From Gemmata obscuriglobus (lineage in GTDB: Bacteria; Planctomycetota; Planctomycetia; Gemmatales; Gemmataceae), in assembly GCF_008065095.1 (NCBI RefSeq), contig NZ_CP042911.1:4710001-4742000 (forward strand): DNA of 32,000 bases. The letters run 5' to 3'. Positions 1-8,986 of this stretch are shown piece after piece. Position 1 is the first letter of the stretch, and every line of letters starts with the position of its first letter. Both the position numbers and the translations under genes were made by a program. The notes under the pieces are model-generated. The model was not told the DNA's origin. It saw only the letters and a program-made list of their open reading frames with translations, and did no database searches.

Positions 1-1080
1 ACCGCGGCCCACAACACGCCCTACGGGTGGCTGGTTCAAGAGCGCGTCGCCGAGACGCTGGCGGACTGGTGGCGGCAGGTCCGCGTGAACCTACTGCCCG
101 GGCTCATCGAAACGTTAATCGATTGGTTCCGGATGCTGGCCAACTGGGTCGAGCGGCAGTTGTACCGCGTGGACGAGTGGGTACGGTTCCGGAGCGGAGA
201 CGCACAAGGCTCACTGGCTCTGAAGGCGGCGCTTGGGCTGTTATGGTTCCCGGTCTCCTACGTCACCCGGTTCGGGTTCTACCTGCTGTTCGAGCCGCAG
301 GTGAACCCGGTGAAGCACTTCCCGGTCGTGACGGTGTCGCACAAGGTTTTGGCGCCGCTGCTGATTACGATGATTCCCGCCCTGTCCGGTGTGGTCGGCG
401 ACAAGCTGGCGTACCAGATCTGGTTCTTCACGCAGCTTCTGTTGCCCGGCGTATTCGGGTTCCTGGCGTGGGAGCTGAAGGAAAACTGGCGGCTGTACGC
501 CGCGAACCGCGCGGTGGGCCTCAAGCCGGTCGTGATCGGCTCGCACGGCGAGTCGATGCGCGGCCTCCTGCGCCCCGGCTTCCACTCCGGAACGGTGCCC
601 AAGCTGCACCGGCAAACGCGGCGCGCGTCGGAGGCCGGTAACCGTGCGAAGGTCGCCCACCTGCACCACGAACTCGAGCACGCGGGCGAAGGGGTCCGGC
701 GGTTCGTCGAGCGCGAACTGCTCCCGCTGCTCGCGGGCCGACCCGAATGGGCCGACGCCCCGGTTCAGGTGGGTTCGGTTCGGTTCGGTGTTCAGCGCGT
801 GGAGGTGGAGTTGCTTTGTCCGACGATCGGTGGGCCGGCCGTGCTGGCGTTCGAGAACGTCGGCGGGGTGATCGAAGCCGGGGTTCCCGCGCCGGGGTGG
901 ACCGAAAAGCTCACGACGGCTCAATCGGAGAGCCTGACCTTCGCCCTCCGCGGGTTGCTGGATCTCGGCGCCGCGGCGCGCTACGACGGCCGCCCGCGGG
1001 AAGCGGCGAACGGACCACCGTCCGTACCGACGGGCTTGACAACTCGTGTCACCTGGGCGGAATGGGCGGCCCGCTGGTAA
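1..1080 (+). CDS. Hypothetical integral membrane protein, 5'-truncated at window edge
   Basis: Frame 1 is open from base 1 to TAA at 1078-1080; the track ORF 85..1080 is only the part from an in-frame GTG. Hydrophobic helices are present (LALKAALGLLWFPVSYVTRFGFYLLF, VLAPLLITMIPALSGVV, IWFFTQLLLPGVFGFLAW), followed by a soluble C-terminal half. Third codon positions are GC-rich like neighbouring genes. No family recognised. Confidence 0.6.
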   Translation, partial: TAAHNTPYGWLVQERVAETLADWWRQVRVNLLPGLIETLIDWFRMLANWVERQLYRVDEWVRFRSGDAQGSLALKAALGLLWFPVSYVTRFGFYLLFEPQVNPVKHFPVVTVSHKVLAPLLITMIPALSGVVGDKLAYQIWFFTQLLLPGVFGFLAWELKENWRLYAANRAVGLKPVVIGSHGESMRGLLRPGFHSGTVPKLHRQTRRASEAGNRAKVAHLHHELEHAGEGVRRFVERELLPLLAGRPEWADAPVQVGSVRFGVQRVEVELLCPTIGGPAVLAFENVGGVIEAGVPAPGWTEKLTTAQSESLTFALRGLLDLGAAARYDGRPREAANGPPSVPTGLTTRVTWAEWAARW

Positions 1081-1167
1081 CCGCGGGCACCAACAACCGG
1101 CTACCGCCCGCGGGCCGGGACGCTAAAATCTCTGTACCGCCTGTGCCGCACCCGCACGAGTCTTCCG

Positions 1168-2601
1168 ATGCCGTCCGATTCGATCGCCGGGTTCCTGGAC
1201 ACCGCGAAAGCCAGCCGGGTGCTGTTCCCCGAACAGGTGGAGCACCTCATCCGCCAGCCGGACGTCCCGCTGTCCGACCTGTCGGCGCTGTGCAGCTACC
1301 TTCAGGAGCGGGGCGTCCTCAGCAAGTTCCAGGCGGACGCGCTGCGCGAGGGGCGGGCGCAGGAACTCACGTTCGGGGCGTACCCGGTACTGGACGTGAT
1401 CGGCCCGTGCCCCGGCGGCACCGCATATCGGGTGCTCCACCCGTCGCTCCGGACCCCGCTCGTGCTGCGCCGGTTCGAGCCGAACGGGTTCGCGCCCGCT
1501 GACACGCCGCAGGCGGTGGTGGAGCGGGCACGCGCGTTCGGCACCCTCGCACACCCGAACCTGCTGCCGCTGCTGGATGCCGGCGTCCACCACGACCAAC
1601 TCTACGCGGTACTTGAGCAGCCCGCCGACGCGGCCCCGCTCGATGCGCTGGTGCAGGAGGTCGGCGGGGCCATGCCGGGGTTCCTGGCAGCGGAGTACGG
1701 CTGGGCAGTGGCCTCGGCCCTCCGGGTGATCCACGAGCGCGGCGGGTGCCACGGCGAGGTGCGCCCCGGGTTACTGCTCGTCGGCCCGCTGACTACCAAA
1801 GTGAACCCGGACGGCACTACGAAACGGCGCCCGGCCCCGAACGCGAGCGTCAAACTGACCGAGACCGGCCTGATACCCGTGCGCGAGCCGGCCGCCTTCA
1901 GTCCGCCCCCGGCGGAGGTGTTGGCTTACCTCCCTCCGGAGCGTCTCGACTCGGCCGAGCGGTCCCCCACCGGCGATCTCTACGGTCTTGCCGCCTGCCT
2001 GTACCTGATGCTCGCGGGGCGCTCGCCGTTCGCAGCGGAAACGCTCGATGAACTGATCCACAAAGTCCGCACGGCCGACCCCGCACCACTTCATGCCGTG
2101 CGCCCGGACGTTCCGGCGGACCTCTCTACATTTGTCACGCGGATGCTCGCAAAGCAACCGGCAGACCGCCCCCAAACCGCCTCCGAGGTGGTCGCCGGAC
2201 TGGCCCCCTTCTGCCGCCCCGGGGTGGTGCCCGTGGTCGCCCCAGCACCGGTCCCGATGGCGCTCCCGCTATCGGGTGTGGGTGCCGCTGCAGCCCCGCC
2301 CACGCCTTCTGCCCCTCCCGCTCCGGTTGTTGTCGCGATTCCGCTAGACGGAGAGCCGGAACCCGATGCCTGGGGCGTGGACCCGCGCGTCTTCACAGAC
2401 GCCCACGACGCCCCGGATGAGGCGCCCCGCCAGACACGGCGCCGCCGGATGACCGACCAGGAGAAGCGGCGGGCGAAGTTGTGGCTCGTCGTCGGATTGT
2501 GCCTGCACCTGTCGGCGATGGCGACGGCCGCGGCTTGGCTGGGTGGGTGCTTCAACTCCAGTCAAAACACAGCGCCGCCCGCACGGCCGGCCGGACGCTG
2601 A
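1168..2601 (+). CDS. Ser/Thr protein kinase-like protein, predicted catalytically degenerate, with C-terminal TM anchor
   Basis: Kinase-fold landmarks are recognisable in order: G-loop-like GPCPGGTAYRV, HPNLLPLLD, YAVLEQP, CHGEVRPGLLL (HRDLKPxN position), VKLTETGL (DFG position), YLPPERL (APE), DLYGLAACLYLMLAGRSPF, MLAKQPADRP. A Pro/Ala-rich linker follows, then the hydrophobic helix LWLVVGLCLHLSAMATAAAWLGG near the C-terminus. ATG at 1168. Confidence 0.75.
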   Translation: MPSDSIAGFLDTAKASRVLFPEQVEHLIRQPDVPLSDLSALCSYLQERGVLSKFQADALREGRAQELTFGAYPVLDVIGPCPGGTAYRVLHPSLRTPLVLRRFEPNGFAPADTPQAVVERARAFGTLAHPNLLPLLDAGVHHDQLYAVLEQPADAAPLDALVQEVGGAMPGFLAAEYGWAVASALRVIHERGGCHGEVRPGLLLVGPLTTKVNPDGTTKRRPAPNASVKLTETGLIPVREPAAFSPPPAEVLAYLPPERLDSAERSPTGDLYGLAACLYLMLAGRSPFAAETLDELIHKVRTADPAPLHAVRPDVPADLSTFVTRMLAKQPADRPQTASEVVAGLAPFCRPGVVPVVAPAPVPMALPLSGVGAAAAPPTPSAPPAPVVVAIPLDGEPEPDAWGVDPRVFTDAHDAPDEAPRQTRRRRMTDQEKRRAKLWLVVGLCLHLSAMATAAAWLGGCFNSSQNTAPPARPAGR

Positions 2602-2645
2602 GCCGAAAAAAGCCACACTTAACCGCGGCCGAAGGGCTCGTAACC

Positions 2646-3476
2646 ATGACGCCGTGCATCTCTCAGGTAACGACGCTCCCCGGTTCCTTCGCGGACGACG
2701 TAGCGGCCTACCCCGCCAGCGGTTGCCGGGCGCTGGAAGTGTGGCTCACCAAACTCGAGCAGCACCTCGAAGCGGTGTCGCCGGAAGACACCCTCCTGGC
2801 GCTTAACGACCGCGGACTCAAGTTGGTCGCCGCGGCGTACCAGGGCGGGCTGTTGCTCTCGCAGGGCGAGCAGCGCAAGGCCCACTTCGAGCACTTTAAG
2901 CGGCGGCTCGCGCTCTGCGAGCGGTTCGCGATCCCGACATTGCTGCTCGTTGCGGATTTCGCACGGGCGCCCGAGGCGTCTGACCTGGCCCGTGCGGTGG
3001 TGTCGCTGGCGCAGGCGGCGCAGTGGGCCGCCGGTTTTGGAGTCAAGGTCGCGCTGGAGTTCCGCGGCACGGACGCGTTCTGCGCGGCGCTCGACACGGC
3101 CGTCACCTTGGTGGAGCAGTGCGGCGAACCGAACGCCGGCATCTGCCTTGATGTCTTCCACTTCTACAAGGGATCGAGCAAAACCGAAGACCTGGAGCGA
3201 CTGACCCCAGCAAACCTGTTCCACGTTCAGGTGTGCGACGTGGCCGGTGTGCCGCGCGAGCTGATGACCGACTCGGACCGCGTCCTGCCCGGAGAGGGGG
3301 ACTTTCGACTGGAACCTGTGATCCGGCGGTTGAACGAAATCGGGTATGCGGGGCCGGTGTCGCTCGAGCTGATGAACCCTATTCTTTGGTCTCTGAAGGC
3401 GACACAAGTCACCGAGCTCGGCATGGCTGCGCTCGGCCGGCTACTTGAGCCGGCTGCGAACGGATTGAATGTCTAA
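2646..3476 (+). CDS. Sugar phosphate isomerase/epimerase (xylose isomerase-like TIM barrel family)
   Basis: The translation from ATG 2646 (MTPCISQVTTLPGSF...) resembles AP-endonuclease-2/xylose-isomerase-like TIM barrel proteins (KVALEFRG, ICLDVFHFY, FHVQVCD, PGEGDF, GYAGPVSLELMNP). The track ORF start at 2481 overlaps the upstream kinase and gives an Arg/Gly-rich extension, so the internal ATG is preferred. Confidence 0.8.
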   Translation: MTPCISQVTTLPGSFADDVAAYPASGCRALEVWLTKLEQHLEAVSPEDTLLALNDRGLKLVAAAYQGGLLLSQGEQRKAHFEHFKRRLALCERFAIPTLLLVADFARAPEASDLARAVVSLAQAAQWAAGFGVKVALEFRGTDAFCAALDTAVTLVEQCGEPNAGICLDVFHFYKGSSKTEDLERLTPANLFHVQVCDVAGVPRELMTDSDRVLPGEGDFRLEPVIRRLNEIGYAGPVSLELMNPILWSLKATQVTELGMAALGRLLEPAANGLNV

Positions 3477-3919
3477 TGGGTCGGACTGCTGACAATTCGC
3501 TTTCGGTGTTCGCCGAGCACCGCCAGCAGTTCCGACGGATCGACCGGCTTGGTGAAGTGGAGGTTGAAACCGGCTGCCGCGGTCCTGGCACGGTTGTACT
3601 CATCCCCTAGCGCGGTCAGCGCGACCAAAAGCACTGCTGGGCCGGCGACTTGCCGAATGCGGCGAGCCACATCGCAACCGTCCAAACCGGGCATCGTCAG
3701 GTCCAGAATGATGGCTTCTGGAACGGACTCTTGAACGGCGGCGACCGCGGCCGCGCCGTCGTACCGCACGTCCACGTTCGCGCCACAAATGGCGAGCAAC
3801 TCAGCGGTCGAGTCGGCTGCGTCGTGGTTGTCGTCCACGACCAGCACGTGCAACCGCACCGGAAGCGGGAAATCGGTCGGTCCGCGGAGCGCGGACAGCG
3901 GGAACGGCTCGGATAACAT
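3473..3919 (-). CDS. Single-domain response regulator (CheY-like receiver)
   Basis: Canonical receiver landmarks: VLVVDDN (acidic pair), AIILDLTMPGLDG (phospho-acceptor Asp), LVALTALG (Thr), FTKP (Lys). No output domain. Its stop codon overlaps the convergent isomerase stop (CTAA at 3473-3476). Confidence 0.85.
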   Translation of the reverse strand: MLSEPFPLSALRGPTDFPLPVRLHVLVVDDNHDAADSTAELLAICGANVDVRYDGAAAVAAVQESVPEAIILDLTMPGLDGCDVARRIRQVAGPAVLLVALTALGDEYNRARTAAAGFNLHFTKPVDPSELLAVLGEHRKRIVSSPTH

Positions 3920-4109
3920 GGCAGCTCCACCAGCCTAAGTTCCAGGTCCTGCGGCAGAAACGTCCCGACACAACTTCGGGCGGGTTTCGTGGGAAGACTC
4001 CTGCCGGACTTGGAACTCGGGCCTGGGAAGGGGAAACGGCTGAAATTCGACGGATTTTCGCGACACGCGAACATCGATCGTATGGATATCAGCAATCCCC
4101 GTGCCGCCT

Positions 4110-7100
4110 TTAATGGTTGGCGTGACCTTCCGGTGCCGCCGGTGCCGCCGGGTGCGGCTCACCGCGGAACCGCTCGATGACCGCGTAGAACACCGGCGTG
4201 AAGAAGATGCCGAACACGGTGACCCCGAGCATCCCGCTGAACACGACCGTGCCCAGCGCCTTCCGCATCTCGGAGCCGGCCCCTTCCCCGATCAGCAGCG
4301 GAACGACACCGAGGATGAACGCGAAGCTGGTCATCAGGATGGGCCGCAGCCGCTGGGTCGCGGCCTCCACCGCGGCCTCGAACCGCGGCATCCCGGCCTC
4401 GCGCTTCTGCTTCGCGTACTCCACAATTAGGATCGCGTTCTTGGTCGCCAGCCCGACCAGCACCACCAGCCCGATCTGGCTGAACACGTTCAGGTCCAGG
4501 TGGGTAACGATCAGCCCGATCACCGCACAGAGTAAGCACATGGGCACGATCAGCACGATCGCCAGCGGCAACAACCAGCTCTCGTAGAGCGCCGCGAGCA
4601 CGAGGAACGCGATCACCACGCTCAGCCCGAACACGAGCAGCGTCGTGTCCCCGCGGAACTCGTACACCCCGGGGATCTCGACCCGCGTGTTCGACGCTTC
4701 CTTTTGCTGATACGCCATTTCGGTCCACTCGAATTTCAGACCGGGCGGCAGGTCGCGCTTCGCGAGCGCTTCCATCTTCTCCATGGCCTGTCCGGACGAG
4801 ATCAGCGTCGGAATGGTGATCCCGTTGAGGTCGGCGGACGGGTACATCTGGTACCGGTTCACCTTGCTCGGCCCCTGATACGGAGCGGTGTTCAGCAACC
4901 CGGCGATGGGGATCATTTCGCCGTTCGCGCCGCGCACCTTGATCTTGGCAAGGTCGTCGATCGAGCGCCGGAACGGCCCGTCCGCCTGAACCGTCACCTG
5001 CCAGTTCCGGTTTTCGAGGGTGATGTCGTTGACGTACACCTGCCCCATGTACGACTGGAGGGCGTCGTTGACCGCACTGACAGATACCCCCATCTGCTGC
5101 ACGCGGTCCCGGTCCACGGTGAGGAACACTTGCGGGTTGTTCGAGCGGAACGAGCTGAACGCCACCGGGATGCCGGCCCGCGGGTCGCGGCTCGCCTCGG
5201 TCGCCAGCGACCACGTCATCCCTTCGAGCGTCTCCGACCCGATGTTGCCGCGGTCCTGGATCTGCATCTTGAACCCGCCGGCGTTCCCCAGCCCGAGGAT
5301 CGGGGGCGCGCCGAACGCGGTCGCGGTGCCGCCGCGGATCTGGGCGAACTTGGCGTTCAGCTCGTTGGTGATCGCCTCCGCCCCGCGGCCCTTGCGCTCC
5401 CCGAACGGCTTGAGGCACACGTAGATGCCGCCGTTGTTCGGGATGTTCGCGCTGGAGAAAATCGAGTACCCGCTGATCTCCACCGTGTGGGCCACCCCGT
5501 CCGTTGAGAGGCACGCGGCGGCGACCTGCTTCATCACCTCATCGGTCCGCTCGACCGCCGCGGCCGGCGGCAGTTCCAGGTTCACCACGAGGTAGCCCTG
5601 GTCCTGCTGCGGGATGAACCCACCCGGGACCATCGAGAAGCCCCTGCCCGCCACCGCCAATAGGCCCGCGTACACCAGCAGCACAACGACCGTGAGCCGG
5701 ATGAGCCACGAGACGGCGGTGCCGTAGAGCTTCGTGCCGCGGTCGAACGTCCAGTTGAAACCCCGGAACAGCCACCACCCGAACAGGTAGTGGAGCGCCT
5801 TGTCGATCAGGTCCTTGCCGGCGTGGTGGTCGCGGAGCAGGATCGGGCACAGCGCGGGGCTCAGCGTCAGCGAGTTGAACGCCGAGATCAGGGTGCTGAC
5901 CGCGATCGTCACGGCGAACTGTTTGAAGAACTGGCCGGTGAGCCCCGGAATCACCGCCGCCGGGATAAACACGGCGCACAGCACCAGCGACACCCCGACG
6001 ATCGCCATCGACACCTCGGACATCGCCTTGCGGGTCGCGTCGAGGGGCGCGAGCCCGCGGGCGATGTGGAACTCGACCGCCTCCACCACCACGATGGCGT
6101 CGTCCACCACGATGCCGATCGCGAGCACCATCCCGAACAGGGTGAGGTTGTTGATCGAGTACCCGAGGACGAACATGACCGCCAGCGTGCCGACCAGCGA
6201 CACGGGCACCGCGATCATCGGGATCAGCGCCGCGCGCCAGTTTTGGAGGAACAGCAGAACCACGACGAACACCAGTAGGATGGCCTCGAACAGCGTCTTC
6301 ACCACCTCGCGGACGCTCTCCTCGACGAACTCGGTGGGGTCGTACACGATCTGATAGTCGATCCCGTCCGGCCAGTCCGCGGACGCCCGGAGGGCCTTCA
6401 TTTTGGCCTTCACGTCGCGGGCCGTGTTGAACGCGTTGCCGCCGGGCAACTGGAACACCGGCAGCCCGACCGACGGCTTGTTGTCGAGCGCGCTGGAGGA
6501 GTCGTAGCTCTTGGCGCCGAGTTCGACCCGGGCCACGTCCCCCAGCCGAACGAGCGCCTCGCCCGCCTCGCCCGACTTCACCACGATGTCCTTGAACTGC
6601 GCCTCCGTTTTGAGCCGGCCGAGGGTGTTGACCACGAGCTGACGGGCCTGCCCCTTCGGCACCGGCGGCTGGCCGATCTGCCCGGCCGCGACCTGCACGT
6701 TCTGCTTGCGGATCGCGTCCACGACCTCAGAGGGCACGAGGTTCACGTCGGTCATCTTGTCCGGGTCGAGCCACACGCGCATGGCGTAATCGCGGTTGCC
6801 GAACATAGCCACGTCGCCGACCCCATTGAGCCGGGCCAGTTCGTCCTTCACCGCGTTGTTGGCGTGCCGGCTGACCGCGAGCTGCTGCTGGAAAACCTCG
6901 TCGTCGGTCCGGGCCTCTTTCGTGGACACGAGGTTCACCACGAGCAGGATCGCCGTGGACTGCTTCTTGGTGACCACGCCGAGCCGGCGCACTTCCTCGG
7001 GCAGTTGCGGGAGCGCGACGTTGACCCGGTTCTGCACCAGCACCTGCGCCATGTCCGGGTCGGTGCCCTGGCGGAACGTGATGGTCAGCCGCATGGCCCC

Positions 7101-7352
7101 GTCGTTGGTGGCCTGCGACTCCATGTACAGCATCCCCTCGACGCCGTTCACCTGCTGCTCGATCGGGGCCGCGACCGTTTCGGACAGCGTCCGCGCGTCG
7201 GCCCCCGGGTACACCGCCGTGACCACCACCTGCGGCGGAACCACTTCGGGGTACTGCGCGATCGGCAGTTGCGTGAGCGCGAGGACGCCGGCCAGTGTGA
7301 TGAGCACCGACAGCACCATCGCGAAGACCGGGCGCGTGATGAAGAACTGCAT
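4110..7352 (-). CDS. RND efflux transporter permease, AcrB/HAE1-type
   Basis: The N-terminus MQFFITRPVFAMVLSVLITLAG is typical of AcrB-family pumps. The protein is about 1080 aa with two large periplasmic loops and about 12 hydrophobic helices. The TM4 motif GIVVDDAIVVVE carries the paired Asp of HAE1 pumps, not the CzcA-type DFGxxxDGA. Start at ATG 7352 is preferred over the track start 7406, which adds 18 atypical residues. Confidence 0.95.
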   Translation of the reverse strand: MQFFITRPVFAMVLSVLITLAGVLALTQLPIAQYPEVVPPQVVVTAVYPGADARTLSETVAAPIEQQVNGVEGMLYMESQATNDGAMRLTITFRQGTDPDMAQVLVQNRVNVALPQLPEEVRRLGVVTKKQSTAILLVVNLVSTKEARTDDEVFQQQLAVSRHANNAVKDELARLNGVGDVAMFGNRDYAMRVWLDPDKMTDVNLVPSEVVDAIRKQNVQVAAGQIGQPPVPKGQARQLVVNTLGRLKTEAQFKDIVVKSGEAGEALVRLGDVARVELGAKSYDSSSALDNKPSVGLPVFQLPGGNAFNTARDVKAKMKALRASADWPDGIDYQIVYDPTEFVEESVREVVKTLFEAILLVFVVVLLFLQNWRAALIPMIAVPVSLVGTLAVMFVLGYSINNLTLFGMVLAIGIVVDDAIVVVEAVEFHIARGLAPLDATRKAMSEVSMAIVGVSLVLCAVFIPAAVIPGLTGQFFKQFAVTIAVSTLISAFNSLTLSPALCPILLRDHHAGKDLIDKALHYLFGWWLFRGFNWTFDRGTKLYGTAVSWLIRLTVVVLLVYAGLLAVAGRGFSMVPGGFIPQQDQGYLVVNLELPPAAAVERTDEVMKQVAAACLSTDGVAHTVEISGYSIFSSANIPNNGGIYVCLKPFGERKGRGAEAITNELNAKFAQIRGGTATAFGAPPILGLGNAGGFKMQIQDRGNIGSETLEGMTWSLATEASRDPRAGIPVAFSSFRSNNPQVFLTVDRDRVQQMGVSVSAVNDALQSYMGQVYVNDITLENRNWQVTVQADGPFRRSIDDLAKIKVRGANGEMIPIAGLLNTAPYQGPSKVNRYQMYPSADLNGITIPTLISSGQAMEKMEALAKRDLPPGLKFEWTEMAYQQKEASNTRVEIPGVYEFRGDTTLLVFGLSVVIAFLVLAALYESWLLPLAIVLIVPMCLLCAVIGLIVTHLDLNVFSQIGLVVLVGLATKNAILIVEYAKQKREAGMPRFEAAVEAATQRLRPILMTSFAFILGVVPLLIGEGAGSEMRKALGTVVFSGMLGVTVFGIFFTPVFYAVIERFRGEPHPAAPAAPEGHANH

Positions 7353-7434
7353 GACCGTCTGGGTGCGAGTGTAAAAAATGAAGGCGGCGCCACCGAGTCG
7401 CGCCACGCGGAAACCGCCCGGCGCCGTCGCACGG

Positions 7435-8631
7435 TCACGGTTTCACGGTCACGGGGATGCCCGGTCGCACCCGGAGCAAGTTGTCGGCGATCACCGTATC
7501 GCTGGTGGCGAGCCCGGCTCGGACCTCCACCTGACCATCGAACGTGTCGCCGAGTTCGATCTCACGCAGCGCCGCCTTGCCGTCGGCGACGACGTAGACG
7601 TACTGCTTGCGCTGTTGGGTGAAGACCACCCCCTCCGGAACCGCGAGCACCTGCCGCGGTGAGCCGGCAGCCACGCGGACGCGCACCGAGTCGCCCCCGG
7701 AGAGGTACGTGATCCCGCCCACCGATTTATTCGTGAAGGTGGCGCTGATGGTGCGTGTGGCGGTGCCGCGGACGATTTCCGGGTCCACGTAGTTAACGGT
7801 GCTGTTGCGGGTCGGGTCCTTTGTGTCGAACCCCTTGTCGCCCTTGAGTTTGATGGTGCAGGTGAGCGGGGTCGCCGGGTTCCGAGGGTCCTTGATCGCG
7901 CCGGCCAGGATCTGGTCCCGGTACCAGATGGACGTGAGTTCGTCCACCTCCCACACGGCGTCGATCGGGTCGACCGGCGAGATCGTGACCAGTTGGGTCT
8001 TGTACGCGTCCACGAGCGCGCCTTCGGCCACGAGCGCCTTGCGGAGGCGTCCGGTTGTCGGCGCGGTGACGGTGCAGTAGCTGAGGTTCTCTTGGGCCTT
8101 CGTCAGGGACGAGTTGCTCGCGTCCAGGGTGGCCTTGGAGACCTCAAGCTGAGCCTCGGACACCTTGACGCTCGCCGCCGCTTTGTCGAGGTCGGATCTG
8201 AACCCGACGCCCTTATCGATCTGCTGTTTGGTGCGGTCGTATTCGGCCCGGTCGCGGTCGATCTGCGCCGTCCAGTTGGCGATGTCGGCCTTGGCCTTCG
8301 CGACGTCCGACCGGGCCTTCTCGACGTCCGCCTTGAACAGGACGGGGTCGATGGTGAACAGCTTCTGGCCCTTCTGGACCAGCGGGCCGTCGTCCGTGAA
8401 CTCGCGTTTGAGGATCTTCCCGCCCACCTGGGGTATGACGGTGACGGGGTCTTTGGTGACGAGCCGCCCGGTGAACTCTTTGGTCGGGCCGTACGACTTT
8501 TGTGCCGGCTTAAGGACGGCCACCGTCGGCGGCTCCGGCTCCGGGAGGGGCGCAGCGCCCTTACCGCACCCCGCCAGTGCCGTGACGGCCGACCCGAGGG
8601 CCAACACCAGCGTCGCACGCACAAGGCGCAT
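7435..8631 (-). CDS. RND efflux periplasmic adaptor (membrane fusion protein, HlyD family) lipoprotein
   Basis: Lipoprotein signal with lipobox (LALGSAVTALAGC). Lipoyl-like segment VIPQVGGKILKREF...KGQKLFTIDP, a long coiled-coil hairpin (FKADVEKARSDVAKAKADIANW...LEVSKATLDAS) and YCTVTAPTTGRL are typical of the family. It lies immediately upstream of the RND permease. Confidence 0.9.
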   Translation of the reverse strand: MRLVRATLVLALGSAVTALAGCGKGAAPLPEPEPPTVAVLKPAQKSYGPTKEFTGRLVTKDPVTVIPQVGGKILKREFTDDGPLVQKGQKLFTIDPVLFKADVEKARSDVAKAKADIANWTAQIDRDRAEYDRTKQQIDKGVGFRSDLDKAAASVKVSEAQLEVSKATLDASNSSLTKAQENLSYCTVTAPTTGRLRKALVAEGALVDAYKTQLVTISPVDPIDAVWEVDELTSIWYRDQILAGAIKDPRNPATPLTCTIKLKGDKGFDTKDPTRNSTVNYVDPEIVRGTATRTISATFTNKSVGGITYLSGGDSVRVRVAAGSPRQVLAVPEGVVFTQQRKQYVYVVADGKAALREIELGDTFDGQVEVRAGLATSDTVIADNLLRVRPGIPVTVKP

Positions 8632-8986
8632 CGCTCGCTCCGTTCGATTTTGAGGCAGACCTGGGGAGTGAAGTGAATACTAGCAAGGGAACGGTTCAAG
8701 GTCTCGCGGAAGGGTCATGTTGCTTGGCAAATCTGGTTCGTGTGTCCGCGGCGCCCCTCCCCCGCACTCCCACCCTCCCGGCTTGTAGACCACCGTGCCG
8801 GGTCGCGGACGTGAACGCCAGCCTCGGGCACCGACTCCTCGCACCGCCCGGCACCGCGTTCGACCACATCGCGCGTGGTTGTGCCTGGGCGGCATAACGA
8901 GAGTGCGCGGCCCGAACCGCTCGGTTGAGGTGGCCAGTGCCAAGCGGTGCGTCCTTACGTTCCGTGACGGCCCGATCGTCCCGGGC

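Noticed and set aside
4110-7352. Possibility that the efflux system is a heavy-metal (CzcCBA/Cus-type) exporter, suggested by the upstream Cys/His-rich protein
   Set aside because: The permease has the AcrB-like N-terminus (MQFFITRPVFA) and the TM4 VVDDAIVVVE motif of HAE1 pumps, not the CzcA-type DFG..DGA..ENV signature. The metal assignment is therefore not supported from sequence.
4159-7622. Multiple overlapping ORFs within the RND locus (e.g. 4159..5514 -, 4704..5507 +, 6864..7622 +)
   Set aside because: They are alternative frames or strands of the AcrB-type gene. Only the 4110..7352 frame gives the 12-helix RND architecture.
8690-8710. tRNA-like T-loop string GGTTCAAGG in the TolC/adaptor spacer
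   Set aside because: The flanking bases cannot form the 5-bp T-stem or an acceptor stem. No cloverleaf can be drawn, and no tRNA was found elsewhere in intergenic regions either.
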